64,000 nt of DNA. Origin: an uncultured Chloroflexia bacterium. Lineage in GTDB: Bacteria > Chloroflexota > Anaerolineae > CG2-30-64-16. The stretch covers positions 608,001 through 672,000 of the forward strand of contig CAWEMM010000009.1 of the NCBI GenBank assembly GCA_963810095.1, written 5' to 3'. Shown here piece after piece: positions 50,184 to 60,168 of this stretch. The stretch's first letter is position 1. Every line of letters begins with the position of its first letter. A program made the position numbers and the translations under genes. The notes below the pieces were generated by a model. That model ran no database searches. It was not told the DNA's origin and saw nothing but the letters and a program-made list of their open reading frames with translations.

Positions 50184-50600
50184 GTGAGTCGAATGGCGTT
50201 CTTTGAGGGTTTGATCGAAACCGAAGACGGGGCGCCCGTGTCGGTGGCGACGGTGGGCCAAACTGACTACTATGTGATCGACGACGCCGGCTTCAAGCGG
50301 CACGTCGAAGCCGACGAGGTCGATCGAGTCGTGTTGGCTCAATTCCTCGGGCAGATGCAGGAGCACCGCGACGAGGCGTCGCAGGCGATGATGAAGATGA
50401 TGGGCAGCGAGGACCTGTTCACGAAGGCCGCAGTCGACTCCACGCTCAAGAATGTGAGCGTCGACCAGATGCTCGGCCAGCGGCTGCCGTCCGAGGCTCG
50501 GCAGTGGCTTGGCATGCTCGGGCTTCGTGTCGTCATCGATTATCACGGCGAGGTTGTGCGGGTCGAAATGCCGGCCGCGCCAGAATCGGAAGATGAGTAA
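50184..50600 (+). CDS. Conserved hypothetical protein
   Basis: 138-aa ORF with GC-typical codons (YVIDDAGFKRHV...WLGMLGLRVVIDYHGEV). Confidence 0.7.
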   Translation: MSRMAFFEGLIETEDGAPVSVATVGQTDYYVIDDAGFKRHVEADEVDRVVLAQFLGQMQEHRDEASQAMMKMMGSEDLFTKAAVDSTLKNVSVDQMLGQRLPSEARQWLGMLGLRVVIDYHGEVVRVEMPAAPESEDE

Positions 50601-50823
50601 GCCCGACGCCGGCCCGCCCAGGTTCTGGCGCAGTCGGGGTTTCCTGTCGTCGGCCGGGAAGGAGTTGGGCTGCGGGGTGCTGACGGTGCTCGCGTTCACC
50701 GCGCCGCTGTGGGCCTTCACCGTGGCGACCCGTGGCCCGCGCTACGCGTTCGGTGTGCTGGCGGCCGCGGTGCTGGTGCTGGCGTTGGTGACGCTTGCGT
50801 CGCGGGCGCTGCGCAAGCGATGA
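50593..50823 (+). CDS. Small membrane protein
   Basis: 76-aa ORF with two hydrophobic segments, overlapping the upstream stop. Confidence 0.5.
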   Translation: MSKPDAGPPRFWRSRGFLSSAGKELGCGVLTVLAFTAPLWAFTVATRGPRYAFGVLAAAVLVLALVTLASRALRKR

Positions 50824-50937
50824 CGGGCCGGCAGGCTCGGGCGTCTGCCCGCTACGTGGACAGCCTCGCTACCGGGTGTGGGAAACCCAAGATCGAGGCG
50901 GCTCGCGTTCTGGTGTTGGCTGCGTCGCCTCATTTGC

Positions 50938-50965
50938 TTGACACGTTCGATTGCTGTGCTATACT
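50938..50965 (+). promoter_or_regulatory. Promoter of the FMN riboswitch transcript
   Basis: TTGACA, N16, TATACT with TGn extended -10. Confidence 0.7.
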
Positions 50966-50982
50966 TCACATCGTAAACGCAT

Positions 50983-51177
50983 AACACCTTCGGGGCAGGG
51001 TGCGGGCGTCATTCTAGCCACGGCTCGAATGACGATATCCCAATTCCCGATCGGCGGTAAGGTCAACGCCTGCATGGCAGGCGCCCGAGCCCGCGAGCGG
51101 GCGTCACTACGGTGACGCCTTGGCATGATCCGGTGAGAAGCCGGGGCCGACGGTATAGTCCGGATGGAAGAGGGTGA
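50983..51177 (+). ncRNA. FMN riboswitch (RFN element)
   Basis: CTTCGGGGCAGGGTG...AATTCCCGATCGGCGGT...AGCCCGCGAGC...GATCCGGTGAGAAGCCGGGGCCGACGGTATAGTCCGGATGGAAGAG matches the RFN consensus. Confidence 0.95.
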
Positions 51178-51235
51178 GCGTGAAGGCGTCTTCGGGATGT
51201 ATTCCCGCGGTCGCGTTCCTGCTCGCGCTGTTTCG

Positions 51236-51267
51236 GCCCCGAGGCTCATGCCACGGGGCTTTTTGTT
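51236..51267 (+). terminator. Riboswitch expression-platform terminator
   Basis: GCCCCGaGGC-tcat-GCCaCGGGGC-TTTTTGTT before the first ORF. Confidence 0.8.
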
Positions 51268-51303
51268 ATGGCGATTCAGACAACTACTCGACAGGGAGCG
51301 CGG

Positions 51304-52122
51304 ATGACGCTCGACGAATTCCGGCGGCTGCCTTCGCGGGCGCGCAGCGCCGCGGCGAGCAAACGCCTGGCACGGATCGACCTTCTGCTGATACCGGTCG
51401 CCCTGGCCATTTTCCTGGGGGGCTGGCAGCTGCTCGTCACCTGGCGCCAGTATCCGGCCTTCATCCTGCCGCGGCCGGCCCTCGTCTGGAGCCGGTTCCT
51501 CACCTTGATGGCCGACGGTACGCTCGCCATGCACACGGCCACGACCGTGCTCGAGATTTTTGGCGGTCTGGTGCTGGGCGTGAGCGCGGCGTTCGTGATC
51601 GGGTACTTCCTCGCGAAGTCGCCCGCCCTCGAGCGGATCCTCTCGCCCTACGTCGTTGCATCGCAGGCCGTGCCGATCGTGGCGATCGCGCCGCTGCTGA
51701 TCATCTGGTTCGGGTTCGGCTGGTCGTCCAAGGTCATCGTGTGTGCACTGACCGTCTTCTTCCCCGCGCTCGTGAACACCATCGTCGGCATCCGCTCGGT
51801 CGAGCCGGACTTACGGGCCCTGATGCGTTCGCTGCAGGCCAGCCGCTGGCAGACCTTCGCAAAACTGGAATTTCCCGCCGCGCTGCCGATTCTGTTCGCC
51901 GGGCTGAAGGTTGCGGTCACCCTTGCCGTGATTGGGGCCGTGGTGGGTGAGTTCGTCGGCGCGGACCGCGGGCTCGGCTTCCTGGTCAACCTGGCGCGCG
52001 GCACGCTCGATACGCCGATGTTGTTTGTCGCGCTATTCACCCTGGTCATCATCGCACTGCTGCTTTACTTTGCCGTCGCCGCGCTCGAGTACTTTGTGCT
52101 GGCGTGGAAGCGGGCGGTCTAG
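51304..52122 (+). CDS. ribX: ABC permease (SsuC/TauC family), riboflavin transporter RibX-like
   Basis: ILPRP, QAVPIVAIAP, FFP, KLEFPAALP, GAVVGEF motifs; first gene under the FMN riboswitch. Confidence 0.82.
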   Translation: MTLDEFRRLPSRARSAAASKRLARIDLLLIPVALAIFLGGWQLLVTWRQYPAFILPRPALVWSRFLTLMADGTLAMHTATTVLEIFGGLVLGVSAAFVIGYFLAKSPALERILSPYVVASQAVPIVAIAPLLIIWFGFGWSSKVIVCALTVFFPALVNTIVGIRSVEPDLRALMRSLQASRWQTFAKLEFPAALPILFAGLKVAVTLAVIGAVVGEFVGADRGLGFLVNLARGTLDTPMLFVALFTLVIIALLLYFAVAALEYFVLAWKRAV

Positions 52123-52130
52123 GAGTGATC

Positions 52131-53226
52131 ATGAAGAAACGCCGTCATCGTCTTCATCGTCGTGCTGCTCCTCGCGGGGTGCAGCGGCTCAGGCGCCCCC
52201 GTGCCGTCCACCCGGGCCGGCGAAACCGCCGGCGCGGGCGCCGTAACAGGCGAGAGCCCGCTCGCAACCCCCGCCCTCGCCGGCGCTGCCGCTGAGAGCC
52301 CGCTGGCCGCCCCCGTCAAATCGCCGGCGAAAGTCACGCTGGCCATGGGCTACATTCCCAGCGTGCAGTTTGCGCCGTTCTACGTGGCGCAGGAGAAGGG
52401 GTACTTCAAGGACGTGGGGCTCGAAGTCGAGCCGCGCTACGGCATGGAGAAGCGACCTCCTGAAGCTCGTCGGCACGAACGAACTCCAGTACATGATCGG
52501 CAGCGGCGAGGAGGTCATCCTCGGGCGCAGCCAGGGGCTGCCGGTGCGTTACGTCTTTCGCTGGTATCGCAAGTTCCCTGCCGTCCTCTTCGCCAAGGCC
52601 GGCAGCGGCATCAAGGAGCCCAAGGACCTGGCCGGGAAGAAGGTCGGCGTGCCCGGCCTGTACGGCGCGAACTACGTCGGGTGGGAGGCGCTGGTCTACG
52701 CTGCGAAGCTGGACCCGAAGCAGGTTTCGCTGCAGAGCATCGGCTTCACGCAGGCAACCGCCGTCAGCCAGGGGCTCGTCGATGCGGCGATGGACTACGT
52801 CGTGAACGGCCCGGTCCAGCTGCGCCTGGAGGGACAGGATGTGGTCGAGATCCCGGTTTCAGATTACATCGACCTCCCGTCGAACGGGATCATCACGAAC
52901 GACCAGACGATCAAGGACAACCCGGAGCAGGTGCAGGCCCTGGTTCTCGCACTGATGCGTGGTTTGCGGGATACGCTTGCAGGACCCCGACGCGGCGTTC
53001 CAGGCCAGCCTGCGGGCCGTGCCCACGGCCGGGCGGCGACCAGGAGAAGGTGAGCCGCGCGATCTTCGACGAGTCGCTGAAGCTGTGGCAGGCACTGAAG
53101 AGCGAGCTGGGCCTCTCCGACCCGTGCGGCCTGGGCAAGGCCGCGGCCTTCATGAAGGACATGGGTCTGATCCAGACGCCGGTCGAGCCGGCGGATCTGT
53201 ACACGAACGACTTCGTGGCGCGCTGA
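52131..53226 (+). CDS. ribY: NMT1/THI5-like substrate-binding lipoprotein, RibY-like (frameshifts near 52140, 52450 and 52980)
   Basis: LLAGC lipobox; [40 protein letters not shown] across frames; FMN riboswitch context. Confidence 0.78.
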
Positions 53227-53231
53227 TCCGA

Positions 53232-53990
53232 ATGCCTCCCATTCTGCAGGCGCTTAACCTGCGCATGACCTTCTACGACGCCAACCGGGCCGACATGCTG
53301 GCGCTGGACGACCTGTCGCTGGCGGTGGAGGAGGGCGAATTCCTCGCCATCGTCGGACCGTCGGGCTGCGGCAAGAGCACGCTGCTGCGCCTGCTGGCCG
53401 GGCTGCTGCGGCCTATCTCAGGCCAAGTGCGGTTCCGCGGCGCCCGATGACCGAGCCGAGCCGCGACATCGGCTACGTGTTTCAGCGCGCCAACCTGATG
53501 CCCTGGCGAACCGTGGCAGCCAATATCGCGCTCCCTCTCGAAGTCGCGCGACACCCCGCAGGTGCAGGCAGCCCAGCAGACCGAGGAGCTGATCGCGCTG
53601 GTTGGCCTGGACGGCTTTGCCAACGCCTATCCAGCGCAGCTTTCCGGGGGCATGCAGCAGCGGGTCGCGCTGGCCCGCGCGCTGATCCACGAGCCGACGG
53701 TCCTGCTGCTCGACGAGCCGTTTGGCTCGCTCGACGCGCTGACGCGCGACCGGATGAACGCCGAACTGCTGCGCCTCTGGAACCTGCACCGGCGGACCGT
53801 GGTCATGGTCACCCACAGCATCAGCGAGGCCGTCCTCCTGTCGGACCGCATCCTCGTGCTGACGCCCCGGCCGGGCCGGCTGCGCGCCGAGTTCGGCGTG
53901 CCGCTGCCGCGCCCGCGCAGTTCCGTGCTCACGGGCGATCCGGCCTTTGTCGAGCTGACGCGGGCCGTCCGGGCAGAAATCGTCGACTGA
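53232..53990 (+). CDS. ABC ATP-binding subunit (frameshifts near 53445 and 53550)
   Basis: [30 protein letters not shown] motifs. Confidence 0.9.
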
Positions 53991-54128
53991 AGGCGGCCGG
54001 GCACCCGGCACGCCGGGCTCCCTCTGCCGCCAGGGCGTTCCGCAAAAGCCTGTTGCAAATCTCCCTTGCCCGTGCTAACATGGCCGCGGCTGAAGGCCAC
54101 ATCTCCCTGCAAGGCGGCGCCAATCGTC

Positions 54129-55628
54129 ATGGATGATCCCCGTTCCCTGAAGGTCCTCTACCTGGCTGCCGAGTGCGTGCCGTTTGCCAAAACCGGCGGC
54201 CTGGCCGATGTGGCCGGAGCGCTGCCAAAGGCGGTGCGCGGGCTGGGGCACGACATCCGCATCATGATGCCGCGCTATGGCCGGGTGGAGGTCGACAAAT
54301 TCGGGCTCAAGCCGCGCCTCGACCGCGTCAGCGTGCCGATGGACGAGCGCACGGAGCCGGCCAAGGTGTACGAGGCTTCGATCGGGACGGGGCCGGGTGA
54401 GACGCCCGTGCTGTTCGTCGACAGTGAGCGCTACTTTGACCGCCAGGGCATTTACATGTACCCCGACGACGCCGAGCGCTTTATCTTCTTCTCCCGGGCC
54501 GCGCTGGAAACCTGCCGGGCGCTGGATTGGCAGCCCGACGTCATTCATTGTAACGAGTGGCACACCGCGCTCATTCCGAACTGGCTCAAGACCGTCTACC
54601 AGGCCGACCCGTTCTACCGGGACATCGCCACGCTCTACACGGCGCACAACCTGGAGTATCAAGGCATCTTCGGCTATCGCATCCTCGAGATTGCGGGCCT
54701 TGCCGAGACGGGCTTCATCGCCCATCCCGACGTCGCCCCGGATCTCAACTACGTGGTCGACCTGATGGCGCGAGGGATCCTCTTCGCCGACATTATAAAC
54801 ACGGTCAGCGAGACGTACGCGCACGAAATCCTGACGCCCGAGTACGGCCACCGGCTCGATCCGGTGCTGCGCGACCGCCGGGACCGGCTTTACGGCATCC
54901 TCAACGGGATCGACACGGAGTTGTATGATCCTGCGACAGACGCGAACATCGCGGCGCGCTTCGACGCGGGCAACCTGGAGCCGCGGGCGCAGAACAAGGC
55001 GGCGCTCCAGGCGGAGCTGAAACTGCCCGTACGGCCCGACATTCCGCTCATCGGCATCGTCTCGCGGCTCATCGACCAGAAGGGCTTCGACCTCATCGCG
55101 GCCGTCGCCGACCCGCTGTTGCAGAACGTGCCCTGTCAGCTCGTCGTCATGGGCACCGGCGAGATGCGCCACCACGACATGCTCAACGCCCTCGCGGCCC
55201 GCTACCCGAGCCAGGTCGCCGTCCAACTGACGTTCAACCGTCCGCTCGAGCAGCGCATCTACGCGGGCAGCGACATCTTCCTGATGCCCTCCCGCTTCGA
55301 GCCGTGCGGGCTCAATCAGATGGTGGCGATGCGGTACGGCGCGGTGCCGGTCGTCCATGCGACGGGCGGGCTGGCAGACACGGTGCACGATTTCGACGCC
55401 CTTACGGAAGATGGCAACGGGTTCAGCTTCGAGCGCTACGACGCGATGGCCCTTTTCGCGGCCCTGGTGCGGGCGACCGAGACGTTCCGGCATGACGACG
55501 TCTGGCGGCAGCTCATGCGCCGCTGCATGGCCGCCGATTTCTCGTGGCGTCGCTCGGCGCAGAAGTATGTGGACCTGTATTATCGCGGCCTGGCAACCCG
55601 CCGCCGCGCCAACCAGTCGCTCGTCTAG
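54129..55628 (+). CDS. glgA: Glycogen synthase
   Basis: KTGGLADV, HCNEWH, HNLEYQG, NGID, SRLIDQKG, PSRFEPCGL, TGGLADTV motifs. Confidence 0.95.
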   Translation: MDDPRSLKVLYLAAECVPFAKTGGLADVAGALPKAVRGLGHDIRIMMPRYGRVEVDKFGLKPRLDRVSVPMDERTEPAKVYEASIGTGPGETPVLFVDSERYFDRQGIYMYPDDAERFIFFSRAALETCRALDWQPDVIHCNEWHTALIPNWLKTVYQADPFYRDIATLYTAHNLEYQGIFGYRILEIAGLAETGFIAHPDVAPDLNYVVDLMARGILFADIINTVSETYAHEILTPEYGHRLDPVLRDRRDRLYGILNGIDTELYDPATDANIAARFDAGNLEPRAQNKAALQAELKLPVRPDIPLIGIVSRLIDQKGFDLIAAVADPLLQNVPCQLVVMGTGEMRHHDMLNALAARYPSQVAVQLTFNRPLEQRIYAGSDIFLMPSRFEPCGLNQMVAMRYGAVPVVHATGGLADTVHDFDALTEDGNGFSFERYDAMALFAALVRATETFRHDDVWRQLMRRCMAADFSWRRSAQKYVDLYYRGLATRRRANQSLV

Positions 55629-55687
55629 CGGCTGCGAGCCCTGCCAGGCTCCTACAACCTGCCAGGGGCGATTTGAACAGAGGCGCT

Positions 55688-56961
55688 TTGCGTACAGAAC
55701 TGCTCTATTACCGCGATGCATACCGCCGCACGTTCGACGCGGCCGTCACAGCTCGTCAAATCATCGCTGGCAAGCCCGCGGTGGCGCTCGACCGCACCGC
55801 GTTCTACCCCACGGGCGGCGGGCAGCCGAACGACCTGGGCGTGCTCCGGCTTGCCCGGCGGCGAGGCAATCAAGGTGCTTGATGTGCTGGCGGACGGCGA
55901 CCAGGTGTGGCACTGCCTGGCCGCCGACCTCGCGGGCGACCTGGTTCATGGCGAAATCGACTGGGACCGGCGCTTCGACCACATGCAGCAGCACACCGGG
56001 CAGCATGTGCTTTCGCAGGCATTCGTCCAGGAGTGTGACGCGGAGACCGTTGCCTTTCACCTCGGCGAGAAGGCCAGCACGATCGACCTCAACCGGGCAG
56101 ATCTGGATGCGCCGGGAAGCGGGGGTGCGCTGGCGCGGGCCGAAGCGGCTGCCAACGCGGTTGTCGACGCCGCGCTGCCGGTGACTGCCTCGTTCGTCTC
56201 GCCCGGCGAGCTGGCCGCGCTGCCGCTTCGCAAGCCGCCGAAAGTGACCGAGAACATCCGCATTGTCCAGGTCGCCGGCTTTGACTGGTCTGCCTGCGGC
56301 GGCACCCATGTGGCTTACACCAGCCACATCCAGACGATCAAGATCGTCGGGACGGAGCGGCGGGGATCTGAGCTGCGGGTCTCGTTCCTCTGCGGCCGGC
56401 GGGCCCGGGCAGACTATGCCCGGCTCAAAGCGCTGGCGCAGGGACTCGTCGCCCGCTACACCGCCGCCGAAGACGATATGCTGGACCTGCTCGACCGGCG
56501 GGCGGCCGAGGCCGACGCGCTTCGCAAGGACCTGGCCGATCTCGAGAAGCAGTGGTCCGAGTCGACCGCCGCCGCGCTCTACGGCGAAGCGGAACTCATG
56601 CGCCTCGAGCCGCGCCCGGCCTTGGGCGATGTGGCCAGGCCACCGGACCTGCATTTCGTTGGCGCGGTCCTCGACGTGCACCGTGGAGCGCGCCAAGAAG
56701 GTGGCGCAGGCGTTGCGCGCACGTCCGCACGTCGTGGCCTGCATCGCCGTGCGGGGCGAGCGTCCGCAGATCCTGGCCACACGTTCCGACGACGTCTCCG
56801 TCGACGCAGGCGCTCTGCTGCGGGCCGCGGTGGCGGCCGGCGGCGGACGGGGCGGCGGCCGCCCCGACTGGGCGCAAGGGGGCGTGCCGTCAGAAGAAGC
56901 ACTGAACGCGGCGCTCGAGGCCGCACGGGCGGCGCTTGTCGCCGCAATTGAGGGGGGCTGA
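55688..56961 (+). CDS. Alanyl-tRNA editing protein (AlaX with DHHA1; frameshifts near 55850 and 56680)
   Basis: LDRTAFYPTGGGQP, MQQHTGQH, CGGTH, GGRGGG..AQGG across frames. Confidence 0.88.
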
Positions 56962-56984
56962 GGTTCAGCCCAGAGGTTCACCTT

Positions 56985-57893
56985 ATGCGAGAGATCTCTC
57001 CCGGCATCTTCGTCGAGACCGACCAGCGCGGAGCGAACTACAGCGCCATCCTTACGGACGATGGGTTTATCGTGATTGACACCCCGATCGTGCCCAAGCA
57101 AGCCGTCGCGTTCCACGACGAGCTTAAGCGCATTGCGGGGGGCAAGCCCTTCCTGTATATCATCAACACCGATCACCATCGCGGGCACATTGTCGGGAAT
57201 CAGTACTTCGCACCCACGCCCGTAGTCAGCCACGATATTGCGTGGAAGCACATGAAGGGCTACGGCGAAAACTTCAAGCAGCGGGTTATTGACTCGTTCA
57301 AGAAGGAGCCCGAGATCCAAGCCCAGTTTGGCGGGTTGAACGATATTCACATCGTCGTCCCAAAGATCACTTTCTCGCACCGGCTCGACATCGTGAGGGG
57401 CGGCCGAGACCTGCGCGTGATCCGCATCGGCGGGCACACGGCTGCCACGTCTGCCATCTGGATGCCTAACGAGAAGATTCTCTTCGTGGGCGACGCCGTA
57501 TGGGTGGGGCAGCACCCGTATATGGCGCAGGGCAACTCAAAGGAGTGGCTCGACGGTCTGACCTATATCCGCAAGCTCAGGTCAGATCAGATCGTACCCG
57601 GCCGCGGTCCCGTCACGGGGCGCGAGGGCACCGAGCGCATGTCAGAGTACATCCGTTACATGCGCGCTCGCATCCGGACGTTTCACCGGCAGGGCCGGAC
57701 GAAGCAAGAGACGGTGCAGACGGTGCTGCGCGAGGTGGTGGGGTGGTTCCCGATCGCACCCGCGCTGAAGTCGAAGACGGAATCGCAGATCAAGCAAGGC
57801 ATTGGCCGGATCTGGAACGAGATGGAGAAGGCCGCCAAGGCGAAGGACAAGCCCGAGCCCGAGCCGGAGCCGGAAGAAATCGGAGACGAGTAA
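56985..57893 (+). CDS. MBL-fold metallo-hydrolase
   Basis: VIDT, NTDHHRGH (atypical HxHxDH), GGHT, FVGD, VPGRG motifs. Confidence 0.85.
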   Translation: MREISPGIFVETDQRGANYSAILTDDGFIVIDTPIVPKQAVAFHDELKRIAGGKPFLYIINTDHHRGHIVGNQYFAPTPVVSHDIAWKHMKGYGENFKQRVIDSFKKEPEIQAQFGGLNDIHIVVPKITFSHRLDIVRGGRDLRVIRIGGHTAATSAIWMPNEKILFVGDAVWVGQHPYMAQGNSKEWLDGLTYIRKLRSDQIVPGRGPVTGREGTERMSEYIRYMRARIRTFHRQGRTKQETVQTVLREVVGWFPIAPALKSKTESQIKQGIGRIWNEMEKAAKAKDKPEPEPEPEEIGDE

Positions 57894-57899
57894 CCTCCC

Positions 57900-58888
57900 A
57901 TGGCTCAAATGGTGCAGCGCGGCCAGGTCACCCCGGCCGACGAACTCCGCGGCCTGTTGGATTCGGCCGAGATACGCGTCGCGAACGTGCGGTGGAGCGG
58001 CGAGGGCGCCCTGGCTCTGCTAGGCGAACTGGACCGCATCGCCGAACTGTGGCCGGACGCTTGAGGAGCAGGGCATGGACCTGCGGCCCGAGGCGGGCCG
58101 GTGGAACACGCTCCAGGCCTCAGTCTTGCAAAAAGCAAGCGGCCTCCTCGGCGAGTTGCAGAAGTGCGGCGGCATCGAGCGCGCTGCGCCGGCGGGAGCA
58201 CCCCGAAGGCACGGACGCGCCGTGGTGGCATCTGGACCGGTACGTGGCAGAGGCGCGCAAAAGGCAGCTCAGGCGAACCCTCACCATTGCGGGCGGGGTG
58301 ATCGCCGTAGGCCTGGTGGTATGGTTTCTGTACCTGAAACTCTTCCCGGTCGATCCGAAGGTGGCGGAATCGTACCGCCGGATCAACAAGGGCGAGCAGC
58401 TCGTCCAGCAGAGCAGCGACTGGGGTGGGGCCCTTGCCGAGTTCCGGGCTGCCAGCGCTCTGACACCGGAGGACTACGACGTGTGGCTCCGGGTGGGCGT
58501 GGCAGAGGAGCAGGTTGGCAACGCCGAGGCCGCGCAGGACGCGTGGCAGCGAGCGCGCGGCCTGCTGCCCTCCGAGCTCGAGTTCCTTAAGGGCCGCGCG
58601 GCTGCCTACCTTCTCTTCAGCCTGGTCGACGCGGCGGACCGCGACGTTCAAGCCGCGTTGAAGATCAAGAACGACGACGCGCAGACGTGGTACCAGGCCG
58701 CATCCGTGTTCGAGGCAAGAAACCAGGTGAACGAAGCCGTCGACGCGCTGGACAAGGCCAGCACCTACGCCCAGGAGACCCATCAGGACGAACTGACGGC
58801 CCTGGCCCGCTACCGCATGGGCATGCTGATGCAGCGGGCCGCAATTCCGCAGATGACCGCGACCCCCGGGGCGACTCCCACCCCATAA
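57900..58888 (+). CDS. Membrane-anchored TPR protein (frameshifts near 58060 and 58195)
   Basis: N-terminal helical region, PWWHLD, single TM segment, TPR-like repeats. Confidence 0.65.
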
Positions 58889-58974
58889 TAGCCACACCGG
58901 TTCGCACCGCCGGTCCGCGTCGCGCTCATGGCGCGGGCTGCGCCGCGTCAGGCGCGCACCTTTGGCAGGGCCGG

Positions 58975-59904
58975 TCAGGCGGCCGAGGACGGAGCGAGTG
59001 CCCGCATGAGTGCGGGCGCGACGTCGGCCAGGGTGCGGAGCGATTCGGCGACGCGCTGCCGGGCGGCCGGTTCGCCCACGATCAGCGCCGGCACCGGGTT
59101 CATGGTGTGCCCGCGGGTGCTCAGGTCCTCCATGTTGCCGTGATCTGACGTCAGCAGGATGAGCCCCTCCTTGTCGTCCCACTCGGCCAGCAAGCCCCCC
59201 AGCATCTCGTCGACGCTCTTCAGCAGCCCGACCGCGGCCTCCATGTCCTGCCCGTGCCCCGCGTAGTCGCTCAGCCAGTATTCGAAGAACGAGAAGTCGT
59301 ACTGGAATGCGAGCTGCGCCATCCGCTGGCCCGCCTGCCGCTCCGTCAGAAGCGGCGTGTCGGTGAGTCCAAGCCGCTCGTGCCAGCCCTGTCCGGTGAA
59401 GTCGGCGGCCAGCGCCTGGCCGGCCACCAGGTCGTCAACCGTTGGCAGCGCAAGTCCCGCGCTCACAACCCCCTGCGGAATTGACGAATAGACGCGCCGC
59501 CGTGACGCGATGGCCGCGAAGTAGGACGGCGGGTACGCGTTGAGAAACGCCGCCGTCTTCCCCTGCCGTCGCACGGCGCGAAAGATGTTGCCGTTGTTGA
59601 GAAAGTTGACGATCGGCTGGCTGGGCCAGGGGCCGTAGTGGCCGCCGATCAACGCGGGCACATTCAGCCCCGTCAGCAGCGCGGCCTGCCCGCTGCCCGA
59701 CTGAGGCATGCCGGGGACGCCCATGCAGGCATCCAGGCCAACCACCGTCGCCCGTTGCGTGACGAGCGGGGTCACCCCGGCCAGTAGCCGGTGGCCTTCG
59801 AGCAGCCGTGCCAGGTTGGGCAGGGTGGCTCGTGCAAACGGGTTGGTGGCAGGATCGTCCGGACCGAGGCCGACGCCGTCGAGAAACAAGAAGAGGATGT
59901 GCAT
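58975..59904 (-). CDS. Alkaline-phosphatase superfamily metalloenzyme (phosphoglycerate mutase/phosphopentomutase-like)
   Basis: FLDGVG, PQSGSGQ, DYAGH, TSDHGNMED, HTMNPVP motifs. Confidence 0.85.
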   Translation of the reverse strand: MHILFLFLDGVGLGPDDPATNPFARATLPNLARLLEGHRLLAGVTPLVTQRATVVGLDACMGVPGMPQSGSGQAALLTGLNVPALIGGHYGPWPSQPIVNFLNNGNIFRAVRRQGKTAAFLNAYPPSYFAAIASRRRVYSSIPQGVVSAGLALPTVDDLVAGQALAADFTGQGWHERLGLTDTPLLTERQAGQRMAQLAFQYDFSFFEYWLSDYAGHGQDMEAAVGLLKSVDEMLGGLLAEWDDKEGLILLTSDHGNMEDLSTRGHTMNPVPALIVGEPAARQRVAESLRTLADVAPALMRALAPSSAA

Positions 59905-60048
59905 CAAAACACTCTGGTGTGAAGGGTCCGCGGCTGGCGCGACCGCCGCAGTCTACTCCTCGAACGCCCGGCGCACAAGAAGAGGGGTTACTTTTGCCGC
60001 GGGCGTGCGGGGGTAACATGGGGTGAGATGTGGACGGGAGACGGTGAT

Positions 60049-60132
60049 TCACCACAAAGACACCAAGGCACAAAGACGCACGAACGATTCTGAAGTTGAG
60101 TGAAGCTGCGTGTCTTCGTGTCTTTGTGGTGA
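60049..60132. repeat. ACCACAAAGAC-family palindromic repeat
   Basis: TCACCACAAAGACAC ... GTGTCTTTGTGGTGA (15-bp perfect arms). Confidence 0.8.
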
Positions 60133-60168
60133 GTGCCTGGGTCTGCGGTCAATGTACCGGGGGGAGAG

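Noticed and set aside
54075-57515. Long antisense ORFs (e.g. 54075-55721, 55761-57515; also 4316-5593, 34248-35942, 49104-50720)
   Set aside because: Shadow frames of well-supported sense genes in high-GC DNA, with no recognisable motifs.
6684-58888. About 18 frameshifts in rnc, smc, galK, BTAD regulator, nucleotidyltransferase, kinase, A2M, ribY, ABC ATPase, alaX and TPR genes read as pseudogenes or programmed recoding
   Set aside because: They look like single-base indels, several in G/C runs, and they hit core genes with otherwise intact motifs and no in-frame stops. This pattern fits uncorrected long-read error. Only prfB has a canonical recoding signal.
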